Shown: positions 25,541 through 39,480 of the stretch, piece by piece
Layout of the letters: the number at the start of each line of letters is the position of its first letter
Position numbering within the stretch: position 1 is the stretch's first letter
Assembly: GCA_028023455.1 (NCBI GenBank)
Contig: JAQFVV010000009.1
Location: 3,162,001 to 3,226,000 of the forward strand
Source: Epiperipatus broadwayi
Lineage: Eukaryota; Animalia; Onychophora
Direction of reading: 5' to 3'
DNA length: 64,000 bases
Notes under the pieces: generated by a model
Told to the model about the DNA's origin: nothing
Database searches by the model: none
Seen by the model: only the letters and a program-made list of their open reading frames with translations
Program-made: the position numbers and the translations under genes

Positions 25541-28500
25541 TAAAAGAATATTTATATATACAAATAATTTAACTGAAGTAAAAACTACCCATTAACTCAA
25601 CTTACAAATATTTCTTCTTATACTCATTTTTTTTTATAAATCTGCTTTATTGTGGAGAAAAAATTTGATTCACAAAATAAAACAGAGTTTATAAAGAAAA
25701 ATGAATATTTGGAAAATTATTTATACATTATGATAAAATACCCTATCAGCAACACATTGAAATCTATGTTGCTTTTTAATATCTAAATTGCCATCCTATT
25801 TAAAAAACTGCTAAAATATTTAAAAGCACCATCAGATAATATACACTAATGTAAAGATTCAAATAACTTTTCTACTTAAGATTTAGTCTGCATTTGAAGA
25901 CATTTTTTTTCTTTTCATTCCAAAGATGACATTCTTGCAAGCATATAAGCTAGAAAAAAATATTAGAAGTTTAAAGATACTTAACTAAGTTGCTCATACT
26001 TAATATTACAAAAATATATAATTACTGATCTAATGTTAGGACTGTGTAGCTAGATAAACGAATTCACTTGAATTTTAAATTTTAGAATAGAAGAATATTT
26101 TAAGCATATTAATTTTAATAAGTAAAGGAAATGAAAGATAGCTTCAAGGAAAGCAGCATTTTCCTCTGAAGAAAATCAATAGTTAAAAGCTAGTTAGTGG
26201 ATTTATCTGTTATTTATTATTTATGTTTGCAAAAATGGCTTTGAATTAAAAAAAAAAAAAGATTCCATAATAAAATTATTTATAAAATTACTCTAAACAA
26301 ATTATAAAATAAAAAGCATAATTTGAATGATAATATACTCTTTCAGAATTATGAAGTTTATGGAATTCCATAAATTATTACAGGGAGAGCCATCTGTGAA
26401 AAAGTAGTTTTGAATTAGTAACTCTTAATAAAGACTGTGTGAGTTTAATTTATTCATTTTCTCCAAAATATAAATTATGATTATAGAAATTATTAATTTC
26501 AATTATTTATCACAAGAAATAGTGTAAAGTCATGATACTACTATCATTTCTTTTGCACATGTATTTACCATGCATTTTTATATTATGCATAAAAAATATT
26601 TTTTTGAAAAAAAGCAATGTATATTCTAATTGAATAATCAAAATTATTAAGAAGCATTGGGAAAAATTTTCAAAATGACAATTGTGACTTCTTTTGATAC
26701 TATTTATATTGTATGTATAAATAATATTAAAAATGTATTTGTAAAGAAAAAATTGTCTTGTCATGATATTATGTTGTTCTTCAAAATATATATCATCAAA
26801 TCAAATATATAAAAGCAAAAAATTGTGATAAAAATAAAAAGTTTATTGAAATGCTGTATATATGCTATACACCAATTGCTTTAATTTTAGAATATAAACA
26901 AATAAATAACCATTTTAAGAAAATTCCAAACAGATGTTATACATGCATAATATCTCACATCCCAAATGTAAATTATCGTTTAAAAACACTTCTTTCATAT
27001 AGGCTTGTAATTCTTTAATCATTTATATCTATTTATCAATGCCATACTTAAGTTAATAAGTACAAAAACAAAGCAACAAAATCAATAAAAATTAAACTGA
27101 TTATTTTAGTAAAACAAAAAATTATCTTGAAAATAGTTTTCAGAAACTGATATATTTAATGATGCATAAAGAGAAAAAAAGATAAGAAAGACTTATTTAT
27201 TAAATTATTTATATAGGCTTATCAAATTGACAAGATTTAAATTCTTTAAAATTTCAATAAGTTGTTTGATAAAGACACTATAAACCAAAAGCTTAATTTT
27301 AATAACTCATATATCAATAAATGAAAATAAATCAGAACATTAATCAAAGCATTCTAATGAGATTTATTGCATGAGAGAAAATTTTAAATTTAATCTTCAC
27401 TTATCTAATTCATACACATTAGTAATTATTATTATAAGGACTAATTATTAAAAGTTCATCTTTGATTTTCTATTATACATATAATTTTAAAAATTAAAAC
27501 ATTTCCTTATTTTAAAATAAATAAATAATAAGAATGTGCAATCAATGGCATATAAAAAAATATACAATCCAAGGATTTCTTTAGTGACAGATTAAGGGAT
27601 TTAACTTTCACAATTTTTTTCTTGTAATACTTATTTAATAACTTTTTTTTAAAATCTTATCCCATTTGCTTCAATTTTATTTATCTCAATTTATATCAAT
27701 GTGGATGTTCTACGTTTATTATCAAGCATTATTTCACCCATTTTATTTATCTTAATTCTTTGTTATTTATTTAATTTTGATTATTCATTTATCTTTTTCA
27801 TTTTAGATTGTCACTTTGAATCATAAATATATCACCCTACTTTAAAACATCTTCAAAAACTGTATAGTGCTGTATTTTTAACTTTCACATTTTCTTAAAT
27901 CAAGACATTGTCAATTTGTTTCACTATTTTAACAATGTAATCCATCATAGAGTAACTTTCTCAATAAAAGCTATAATCAACACTTGTTAAAAGCAAACAT
28001 ATATTTTTTTCTCAAATTTAATTAGAATTACCATGCAAATTCTGGGATACTTTTTCAATTTCATAGTTAAATGTAGAAAGTCCTTTAAATAATAGTTTAT
28101 TTCAAAAAAGATGTTTAACGGTAATATGAGCACAGACTGAACTATGAATAAACAATGTATTACTTTCCTTTATGCTTTATTTAAGCCATTGCATATGTAT
28201 AAGTTGTTGTTTTTTTCCAATAATTTTGTTATAAAAATATTAATTTCCATTCCTATATTAATTATTTCCATATGAAGAATAAATGATGTTATTTTTTGCA
28301 TTTCCAAATAAAAACTATTTTTATACATTTTAGTATAGAGAACAGGGCCAATGCAAGGATATAAGATCCCTTAAATAAAGAAAATTTATCAGCATGCTCC
28401 AACAATTAAATTATTGATGGTCCACAATTTCTGTCACAGACAAATTACTTTCAGATATATACAACATATTCCCAAAACATTAAATATTTTTTTAATTTTT

Positions 28501-28574
28501 TTTTTTTAGTTTTATTCTTGAGAATATGCAAATTAAATAAAAATACTAAGTTCTCAAATAATTTTTATATATAT

Positions 28575-28653
28575 GTCAAAGCATTGACAGGAAGCGAAAC
28601 CGGCCAGTTGCTTGGAAGGCAGCTATGCTAACTCTAGGCCACCAATGCTTGAC
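28575..28653 (-). mobile_element. tRNA-Gly(TCC)-derived SINE, short form, anticodon TCC
   Basis: GTCAAGCATTGGTGGCCTAGAGTTAGCATAGCTGCCTTCCAAGCAAC...CAATGCTTTGAC; TTAGCATAGCTGCCTTCCAAGCA matches the eukaryotic tRNA-Gly(TCC) D/anticodon arm as I recall it. Confidence 0.8.
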
Positions 28654-29680
28654 ATTATTGTTTTTTATTTAATACTGAATAGTATTTTACTAGAATTAAA
28701 AAAATGAATCATTTTATCTTTTCATTGTTTATGGGCAAGAATAATAGCCAAAGATGATTGCACTGTTTTTGTCTAATGATAAAACCAGCATGATTGAAAA
28801 TTCCATTTGTTACTATCATAGTTTCATCTAGTGGTGTAAAAACATTTATAATATTAAAGCTAGGAATTTGTTATAAATTAATGAAAAGTATATATTTCTA
28901 TAAATAATAAACTATGTTAATTTCATTTTCTTTAGTTCAGTTTTTATATATAGAATGATTCTTCTTAAATAGATATTTTAAAAAATCTTAGCTTTTGTTT
29001 AAATACCTAATATCAATAATAAAAACTTGTTTTAACTTTAATCTCATTATAAACAATATTAATTTCTTTTAAGAAGACAAGCACAAGAATTTATATTGTA
29101 ATAATCTTTTTCTTTTAAAACCTTTAGGGGATGGGATCTAATAAATAAACTTAAAATACAATGAAAATGCAACTTCTGCACCATAGCATACATTATCATA
29201 TATATACAATATTTATAGGATTTACAACAGTTTGTTATAATTCATTATTTTTCACATTGATATAAGTTATATATTTTTCATTTTATATAGGTACTTTTTT
29301 CTAGACAGGAATAAACAATTCTTTTCAAGCATTGGATCTCAAGAGATTATTTATCATAAATCAAGCCACATTGTTGAAAAAAAATTTACAATGTATTTAG
29401 TACAAATATAGCAATATAAAATTATTTTTTTAACAATTCATACAAGTTGTTTTAATGGTATAAATATAAATTAAGAGTGCCATATAAAAAGAATAGGCAG
29501 ATTGCTCACGTCAGTTCCAGAATCTACTTTATTCAATTAATCTTAGATTGCAAATAAGTTTCAAATTCAATATTTTTATCTTTAGCAATATACACTTACT
29601 TATATCTCTTTTTAAATTTTGTTTTTATACACAATTAAAACATGAACTAATTAAAAACCCATTTATTATTATTTTTTTAA

Positions 29681-29786
29681 TTTTTTTTTTCATATGCCAT
29701 AGCATTGGCCGGGACCCACAACCGTCTGCAACCAACTACTTGCTTGCAAGGCGACTGCGATGACCTCTCGGCTAACAACGCTTGAC
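29681..29786 (-). mobile_element. tRNA-Gly-derived SINE, long form, anticodon position TGC
   Basis: A-box TAGCCGAGAGG, A10 tail, 15-bp target duplication acccatttattatta (29657-29671 and 29788-29802). Confidence 0.9.
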
Positions 29787-31889
29787 TACCCATTTATTAT
29801 TAAAGATTAAAGTAGGATTAAAATCTAGTTTGTATACATTGTTAACTATTACATTGTTATATAAATGATTTAAAATCACAAGCTATATATCACCTAAATC
29901 TCAGTAATTAAAAAAAAGTCATTATTTATAGAATAAATTTTTTAAAGCAACCCCCCCCCCCCGGACATATATATAAACTAAAAAGACTTTAGGCAAAAAT
30001 AAAAAAACTAACAAGAAATTTGATAAACATTTGATGATATTTTTACTGAATGAAACTTTTTTTTTTGTCATAGAATAGCAGAATAATTTTTACAATTCTG
30101 CAGAAATGTATTTTTATTTTTATAAATTATTACTGATGACATTAAATCAAGCATTTCTTTTGATATCAAAACATATCCATTACAATCTTAATGCATCTAA
30201 ACTACTGTGTAATGTTCTTTCTGGCATTTTCATTGATTGCTGTAATAAATTATATTAATCATTTTTTATGTTTATTCTCTGATTACCTTTCATGCCAAAA
30301 TTTTACTGAATAAACCGATACAACTTTTTTTTTTTAAAAAAAAAATTATAACAGAAAAAAGCTTCAATAAGAAAATATACTTCTTTAATTATCTACAGAA
30401 AATAAATAGTTCAAAATTTTTAAAAGTAGTTAAAGAATAGCAAGAGAAATGTATTTTTTTAATTTTTAATGTATACTTTCTTTGTCTGATATAGTGATTA
30501 AAACATCAGCCTACCATGAGTACAACTTAGGATGTGAATTCAGATGAAATATAGACATTTTTATTATTCCTTGAAATGATACTAATAGAATCCCATTTAT
30601 ATCAACCTGCTATGATAGATTCAATAAAGTCATAACAATAATTGTCAATAAGTCCATTCCTCATGGATATTGAAAACAATTCATTTCAGTTATGGAAAGA
30701 AGTTTGCAATGATCATTACAATTAATATTTGTTTAACAAAATTCAGAAATTGCAATCAGATTTATATAAAAAAAATATTGTTGATGCTAGAAAAGAAAGG
30801 TATAAAAAACAATAAAAAAATGAAACTTTATGACAGTTATTCAAAAGATCGGATCCCTTCTATTGCAGGCTTATTGGATATAAGTACTCTTAATTAATTC
30901 TCCAGTCTTATAGATTTTTAAGTGCAAAATTTATAGAACCAAAAAAAAAAAAAAAAGCAATCAGAACAAAACTATAGGTTTCTTTTTCACAATGCTCTTT
31001 AAGTTAAATTTAATACAATCAGTATATATTAGTGAGCTAAACTATAATAAATAAGAAAAGACATCAAAAGCAGATAACAAACTTCAGATATTTTTAAAAT
31101 CTTAGAACATAAGTTAGAACATAGTTAATATAACTAGTCATAAAAACTAATCTAAAATTAAGGCTCAAAAGAAAACTATAGCAATCATAAAACTTAATAA
31201 AAAAAAAACAAATCTTTTTGTATTCCAGTGTCACCTATTATAAGATTGATTAATCAGTGATTATCAGATGATATTAAAATTTAATCCTCATCTCAAAACC
31301 AGTTTTGGTTTTTGTCTTTATCAATTAAATTATACTACTATCTAATAAACATCTATTTCTTAAATTTATAATAGAAAATGCTAGGGTAAAGAAAGGAATT
31401 CATCCTTGTTTATAATACTTTAATAAGCATATAAAAATCAAGATGGTGAATCTAACAATTATTCAAAAATTATCAACAAATATCATTATTCTTATAATTT
31501 AGTCTACAAGTGCCAACTTTCTTGAATTTGTACAGTTAATAATATCCTCTTTAGATAAAGATATCAATGATTATTATTAATCATTTATTAGGCTAGAGAT
31601 ATCATATTTTTAATCCTGATATAAATTTAAACTTATTAAAAATTAATATATATATATATATCTATTCTTACTAAATACAATCCCTTGGTATTATTAATCC
31701 AACTTCATCTCTATTTTCTACTATGTGTAATATCTTAGATATATTACAACTTCAAATTAAACATATACACTTCAATGGCAGATTCAGTCAGAAATGGATC
31801 TTGGAGATCATTTATCCCTTTCAAAAGATCAATTCATATGTTTACAATGTATATATTAAATTAGAAGCTTTAAATATATCATAACTTGT

Positions 31890-32215
31890 GCTGTGCTAAT
31901 TGCTCTTACAAGCTTTATTGATAAATGCCAGCAAGAGAACATGTAGGTGTCTAAAAATTTCAGATTTTCCTCTCAATAGATAACTTTTAGATAAATGCTG
32001 GCTTAGGGTTGATATTTTTAATCTTGTGTCTGAAACTACTCTCACCTTTTTTTGAGGTTGGGGTTAGATTTTTAAATGCTTTCTCTTGCTGTCATTTATC
32101 TATAAAGCTTGTTAGAGAAATTAGCACAGCTCATTGTTTTTTATTTACAAGCTTAAAAGATTAAATCATGTGGTATATGACTTTAATTTTGTTATTATCA
32201 TAACTTGTGTTTCTA
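31890..32215. repeat. Family A pLTR-like copy with short inverted 5' arm
   Basis: 31890-31939 is inverted relative to 32081-32130; 31940-32030 matches the reverse complement of 33040-33113; 3' part matches 1470-1600 reversed. Hammerhead segment deleted. Confidence 0.7.
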
Positions 32216-32909
32216 CATCTTTCAAAAATATTTCACTATACCAGTTGTTGAAAATAATTTATTTTAAAATAGGCTGGATTTAAATGGTATGGATAAGCTC
32301 TATCTTTGACTACCATCAATGAAAAGGGTTTTAAAATAAAACCTGATGCTATTTTTATTGATCAACTTCAACATATTATTTGTTTTAGAAAACGAGCTCA
32401 CCATAAAGTCGTAAATATATGTATGTGTGTGTGTGTGAAAGGGGGCAGGGACTTCAATTTTTTTCAACCACAAAGATGAAAAATTCAATATTAAATCTGT
32501 ATTTCCCAATCTGTGTTTCTCAGAACACTGGTGTTCCATAAGCATTTCAAAAATGTTCTGCGATAAAGCCAGATTATTATTATATTAAATTATTTCATAA
32601 TATTTAACTTTACATTGATGACACAATTATATTTATAGTTTAATAATTAAAATCTCATTTTGATTAGATTACAAAATATTTTGATTGTTATTATTTTAAT
32701 TATATTTTTTAGCACTGGTAACACATTGATTGTACATATGACAACTCATAACATTATCATGCCGATATGAACTAGCTGCTTAGATTGGCATCATGTCAGA
32801 AGTGAATTTGTGCATAATATAGAATTAAATGTGTATATATTTAATTTTTATTTAAACAACAGAAAAGTATCTCAAAAACTAAATGAAACCTTCTGTGAAA
32901 TTAGACTGA

Positions 32910-33425
32910 AATACAAAAACAAAGAGCTTTGTTAATTGCTCTAACAAGCTTTGTTGATAAAATGTTAGCAAGAGAAAGCATTTAAAATATCTATCAGAAA
33001 CCACACCAAATCCCAGACCAATGTTTTTATGCTTGGCACTCCTCAGTGACACTAGATCTAAAAATATTAACCAAAGCCAGGAGAAAATCTGAAATTTTTA
33101 GACATCTACATGTCTTCAAATTCAGCCATCTAATTCAAATAGCTATATGGGCTGAGAGATCTTCAGCCAAATCATATATTAGTAGTCTTAGCAATATAAC
33201 ATCACTTAAGACTTAAAAGCAAAGACTATAAATAGTCAATAAAAATAAAAATAAGAAAGTCATATATCACATAACAATTTTTTAAGCATGAAACCATTGC
33301 TCTGGGTTTTGGGTGTGGTTTCTGAACAAAGCTTATTAGAGCAATTAGCAAAGCTCTTTGTTCTTATTTACAAACTTAAAAAATTGAACCATGTGATAAA
33401 TGACTTTTATTTTTAGACTGAAATA
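32910..33425. repeat. Family A head-to-head pair with hammerhead motif
   Basis: Minus-strand 33011-33049 reads TCA-CTGAGGA-GTGC-CAA-GCAT-AAAAA-CATTG-GTC-TGGGA; plus-strand arm at ~33286 supplies GCAT-GAAAC-CATTG-CTC-TGGG. Confidence 0.75.
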
Positions 33426-33474
33426 CCTTTCTACTCCAGGCAACTTAGAAGTTTATGTAGATCATGGTCTATCT

Positions 33475-33835
33475 CAGGGGTCCCCAACCTTTTTGCACTT
33501 AAGAGCACATTCTATAATACCGGCCAGGCGGCAGGCATACTTATTTTTTCAATGTAAATTTATAGTTGGATATTGTTAATAATACACAAAATGTACAAAA
33601 AAATATTTATTTCAAAAATAAAATTTTAACATATAATTAATGTTATTACGCTGTAAAAGTATAGTATGCCCTACAATTTGATTACAATATAATACAATAA
33701 TTTATAACAAATTTTAAAAATTAAATTTATTTGTATCACATAAATAATTTTTTATCTTGTTCGGATAGTGGCGGGCACACATAAAATGGTCTGCGGGCGC
33801 CGTGGTGCCTGCGGGCATAGGGTTAGGGACCCCTG
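33475..33835 (+). mobile_element. hAT-superfamily MITE
   Basis: TIRs CAGGGGTCCCCAACC / GGTTAGGGACCCCTG; exact 8-bp target duplication GTCTATCT (close to the NTCTAGAN preference of Buster/Charlie hATs). Confidence 0.92.
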
Positions 33836-34258
33836 GTCTATCTTATATTCCTTTTATATCAAAATTAGATTTCAAACACATTCTTCTTTAAAAATTTGTT
33901 TGCCACTATTTAGGATTACAGCTTCCCTAGTAGATTTTAGTTTTGAAAAGAATATCTCTACATAAGGAAAAAGTATTCAGATTAAACTTTCTAAACATAC
34001 AATTAAATATTACCATATACAAATAATTACAATGCTAATATATATTTAATACTATTCTCTTGAAGTGACTGCTACTATTCTCTAACTAAAATTGTTTATG
34101 ATAATCCTGCATATAATAACAAGTAGCTATCCTCTTATTGCATAAATTATTGGACACTGTGTTGGGAAGGCCGATCAATTATTTATAGCAATAGTAGCTT
34201 CAGAAGAATAATCTCAAATGTTTTACACACACATATGGAAATTATTATTAGTATATGG

Positions 34259-34630
34259 CAGGGGTCCCCAATCCTATGCTTGCGGTCACCATGGCGCCCG
34301 CAGACCATTTTACGTGTGCCCGCCACTATCCGAACACGATAAAAAATTATTTATCTGATACAAATAAATTTAATTTTTTTAATTTCTTATAAATTATTGT
34401 ATTATATTGTAATCAAATTGTAGAATATACTATACTTTTACGGCATAAAAATACAAACGTTAATTGTATGTTAAAATTTTATTTTTGAAATAAATATTTT
34501 TTTGTACATTGTGTGTATTATTAACAATATTCAACTATAAATTTACATTGAAAAAATAAATGGTGCTCGCCACCTGGCCAATATTATAGAATGTGCTCTT
34601 AAGTGCAAAAAGATTGGGGACACCTGTCTG
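34259..34630 (-). mobile_element. Second copy of the same hAT MITE, opposite orientation
   Basis: Colinear reverse complement of 33475-33835; 8-bp duplication GTATATGG (34251-34258, 34631-34638); four extra bases (tctg) at the right end. Confidence 0.9.
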
Positions 34631-34899
34631 GTATATGGAATGGAATGGAATGAATTTACTTCTTTGCAGCTTATTCATTACCAGATATTAAATAATATGT
34701 TGTTACATAGAATTTTTTTTTATTAAAACATAACTTAATTGTTAAGATCTTTTTGATCTTCAATCAAAAACCATTCAAATTGTAAAGAAATCACTATATT
34801 TATAAACATTATAAATAAGCTGAAAAAAATCATGGGTGCTCTGAATTATAAATAGCTTATCTTTTTTACATTATTCTAGTTTAAAGTTTATCAATTTAT

Positions 34900-35560
34900 T
34901 TAATATATATTCCCTTTCTAAAGTTCTTCAAATCTCGAAATCCAGTTTAAAACTTCAGTTAACCATCTATTGACATAGTAACATATCCAGCCAGGCTATA
35001 TGTTAGACTCTTAATTCCTTCAATGCTGTCAATGATATTGTTTTATCTATCAATTCCTTCTTGTTAATCCCAATATATGTTTCACAAAATTTTGTTTTGT
35101 GTTCTCTGCTGAATTTCTATTAAATATAAAAGTCTCAGAAACGTAAGTTAGCATTAGTGAAAAACTTTTACTAAAACATTTTTGTTTCAAGCATATGGAT
35201 ATTTTATTTCTATCAAAATTATTCTATCAAACTTTAATTCTATAACTAATTATATCTACGATATTTCCATTCATATTGATAACCTGATCAAGATAGTTAT
35301 AATTATTAACTTCTAATCTGTTACTATCAATGACTTTTTTTTTCTGAAAAACAATTGAACATTCCTCTTACAGATCTTGCATTTTCTAACCCTAGTATAT
35401 GATAAATGAATATAAATACATCAAATACAAAATATACATGGCTAAAGTAAATTCCATTTATTACTCAACTAAGTTTCATTCATTTTTTTAGCTTCTCATT
35501 CTGATCCACAAAATACTTTTATCTAAAACCATTGCAACAAGCTCTAAAACAACCAAACAT
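34900..35560 (-). mobile_element. RTE-type LINE 3' fragment
   Basis: Minus strand remnants EVNNYNYLDQVINMNGN, MLTYVSETF, HILGLTRR, EVLNW; more decayed sequence may continue to ~37050. Confidence 0.55.
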
Positions 35561-35596
35561 CACATGATCACCATTTCTTATGCTTGCTCATAACTG

Positions 35597-35929
35597 TTAT
35601 TAAAACAGGCAAAACTCACCATACAGTAGTGCCACTCAGTGCAAGCCAGAGCAATCAATGGATGCCAGAAGGCTTGTGCATAAAATCCTTATCTAGGGCC
35701 TACTCATCCAATATCCCCAGATTAGTTTCTGGTTCATGGTGATCTAGGTGCAGTGTTCTCAGATCCAAGGCTCCTCACTGACGAAGGCCATAAGCCAAAA
35801 ACTAGTCTGGCAATATTGGATGAGAAGGTAGTAATAGGGATTTTATGCACAAGCCTTCTGGCATCCATTGATTACTCTGGCTTGCACTGAGTGACACTAC
35901 TCTATGGAGAGTTTTACCTGTTTTAATAA
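35597..35929. repeat. Head-to-head inverted repeat with hammerhead motif (family C)
   Basis: Arms ~35597-35740 and ~35786-35929. Plus strand 35772-35810 TCCTCA-CTGACGA-A-GGC-CATAA-GCC-A-AAA-ACTAGT-C-TGG with palindromic helix III ACTAGT. Confidence 0.85.
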
Positions 35930-38900
35930 GCTTTAAAACATAAAATTATTCTGTGGTATATTTTTATCAATACCATTTTTTTAAGAAAATGTTTAGAATC
36001 TAATCACCATTTCTTTGTTTTGACAAATATTACTCAGACTTTATTCTGGATCTATGACATGATGTTGGAGCTTTAATTTCCACAGCAATACTTACAGAAC
36101 CAACTATTTTTTTGTAATATAAAAATCTAATAGCACAGAATGGCAATTCTTAGTCTTCATAGATATAATCTAACATATTTGTTAAATGCAGCTTTGTTCT
36201 TTTGGCTGATTTGAATTCAATAGTCTTTGTAGATAAGTTATGATCTTGGTAAAAATCTTATATAGAACTGATAGAAGACTAACATGTTCATAATTGCTAT
36301 TATATTTTTTTTTCAATTTTATTAAATATCAGCATCATAATTTTATTCTTCCAATCATTTAGATTTCTCCAATTATTTATTTGCTTCTTTTAAAATATCT
36401 ATAATGATTATTTCCTAGAGCTCTTTATTTTGCATAACTTTAATTGCATGTCTTACCTATTTATTTAAAATACACCAAACTTTAAAAGATGTCATAATTA
36501 TATGGACTACTTTGTTTTCTTATTCTATATTACTATATGGTATTTTTTATAAAATGATGTTTTCTCTTTTTTTAATGATAATATCATATTACTATTTTTT
36601 TTATTGCTAAAATAACTTTTCTTCTAATATCAAAATGTTTTATATCTTTGTGACTTTTATTGTCTTTTGTAGCTTTCTTTGCCATTTCACATTATCATTT
36701 CCTTAAATTGTTAACTCTTTTTGTGCTTTTTTACAAAACTCTTTTTTGTTCTTGCTATTCATGCATTGTTTTTAATAGAGCTTGAGTCATCTATAAAGTC
36801 TATTAAAATTCTATATGATAAGTTCTATCTAAAATTAGCTGGAATATTTCTGAAAAGAATATCAATTGTTAATACTATCTTTTGTAATAGATTTTGCCTT
36901 ATATCATTTATCTTAGTAATTGATAATCATTTTCTGTATTAAAACTATTAAGTATATTTCTGGCAGTAAAACATAATCCAATTCTAATATGCTTTTATTT
37001 GGATATTTCAATGCTCATTTTCTAGTTTGAATATATATAAATCAGTCACACGTCACATGATCAATATAGCTTGCTGGGGATGGAGACAATCATAGATAAA
37101 GGCTTCAGGTACTTTCACTTGTACATTCATCATAAAAAAATAAGCTTGTTTAGAGCTATTAGCAGGGTCTTTATATATATATGTAAAAAGAGAATTACTA
37201 ATACATAGTTTTTCTCTTTAAGATTTCATAAATCTATACCACTTGTTATTTCTATCTCTATATTCTAATTTAGAGCATTTTCATCTTTCAATCAATTTCC
37301 TCTTTTAACATATCAATTTTAAAATACTGCTTAAACTAATTACGTGTTCTATACACCTACATAAAAATCCTCTACTTTTTCATTTGAATAAGAACTTGCT
37401 GGAGCAAAGAACTAAATTATTTGCATTTAACATCTTTCAACTACTTCAATAACTATTTTTATTACTCTGTGATAAAATGTTGCTTCTCTTTCTTTTATTT
37501 ATAATGATTACTATTTACTTTTGAAAAGCAAATGTCTTTTAATCTTTTAACTTTACAAAGTTTAAATATATCCTATTTAATATTATGCAATTCATACAGT
37601 ATTTTGTCTAATCTTTTTTTTCTTGAAGATGATTAATACTTTTAAAGAATAAATTGAATCTGTAAGCCAATAATTCTTAGCAACTTCTATATTTTGTTAT
37701 CAAGATTGCTGCCTTTGTTGATGACTTTACATCTTTAGATTATGAGAATGATGATATATACGAGTCTGTCATAAATATAAATGCAAAAAAAAAAGGAATG
37801 TATATTTATACATACTATACATTCTTTCATAAAAAATCCCAATTGATAATTAAAAACTAACAAGCAAATGAGAAGAAAGTTTGTAATATTTTAATGATTT
37901 TAAACTTAGAAATAAAAGTCAGTAAACTTACCATGATGCCATTACACGTTGATAACTAGTCCAACCATTTTCATTTACTTGTGTGAATAATACAGAAACA
38001 ATATGTACAATGACAAGAACACATGAAATGGGCATTAATAATTTTGTTTTATCAGTTTTTCTAATGTCTTAGTTAGTAATCAAATATTTCATAAAAAAGA
38101 AGTTTGCTATTGACTAGTCAATTTTTTTTTTTCGGATTCAGTAATAAAGACAGCTGAACTTTATTTTCTTGGAGTTTGCCACGAATGATTTGTAGTGCAA
38201 CCCATGATTATCATATTTATCTGCTTCAGGATTAGAATGCTTTATTTTTTTTAGTTCTGACCAATACAAATCTTGTACAATACTTATTAAAGAACACCAT
38301 TCTATGATCCCAATAGCAGAATTTAAGAACTTATTAATGTTAATAATTTTTTTCCTTGTTAGAACCTACACAAATTCTTTTATAATGTTTGAGAATCTTT
38401 TTAAAAAATCCATGGTAATAAAATATGTTACCAAATATCGCAATCCAATAATTACAGGCAAAATAATCCACATTCTTATGCAATTTGATTAGATATATTT
38501 GCTGCCATTCTTAATATCATTGGTTCTCATGAACTTGAAAAAAATTTGCAATTTGAAATAGAGACCATGAAATCAAAATAATTAGTTATGAATTTTGCCT
38601 AAAATTTGATGCAGGAAAATATATTAAAAATATTTCATACATTGATTCTCTTGCTCGAGTAGTTTTCATGTACAATATTTGTTAAGGGATACAGAATTCA
38701 ATTGTTTCCATTAACATGTAGCTATTGATTATACAATTTAAGAAGTATTCTATACACAAGGATTCCTTTATATCTTCTAATAATTAACATATTATGTTTG
38801 CAATCTCTCTTCCTTGATATGAACTACAAGAACATCTTATAGATTCTGGCATGCAGCTACATAACTTGTTCAACACACTGGTTCATAGGTTTCATAATGT

Positions 38901-39480
38901 TCTATTTCTTAATAAAATGAATTGTTTTATTCTTAACAAAAAAAAATAAGAAAAAGATAAAATCAGAGTCCAATCTTACTGATTTACATTCAATTACCAT
39001 AGAGGAATTGCATAATAATTTTTTTTCAATAATGTTTTTTTAAAAAAATCAAGTCCAATTTCAAGATATTATGTTGTGTCATCCAATACTAATTCTACAT
39101 GAGATAATTAAATTTGAATTCTTACAGTTTTGATATAAATAAAATTCAGATCTTCCAATATGCCTTTGACAATATTAATTAGCATTGCCTTGCAAAAATA
39201 ACTACTTGTCCTATTTCATGATGAATCAGACAAAATCTAATTTGTGGCAGTGTTATTAATAGCAGAATGAGTAAAAAAATAATTTGATTAATTAAGATCA
39301 AATAAAACTTGATCCCTTGAAACTCAATATTTAATAATTATTTTATTCAATCTTAATATATACAAAAAATATGTACAAGTTGTTTAATTTTCTAAGTTAT
39401 ATCAAATATTTTTAGTATAACATACAAATGTACATTGCTTCCTTAAACTTGAGAAGAAATACTAATATTATATATATTCT

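Noticed and set aside
26166-26195. Hammerhead-like CTGAAGA...AAAAGCTAG
   Set aside because: Weak stem II, no GAAA, no inverted partner found.
36452-36475. Second AG/GTAAGA recursive-type site
   Set aside because: Acceptor tract is A-rich and lies in decayed LINE-like sequence; likely chance.
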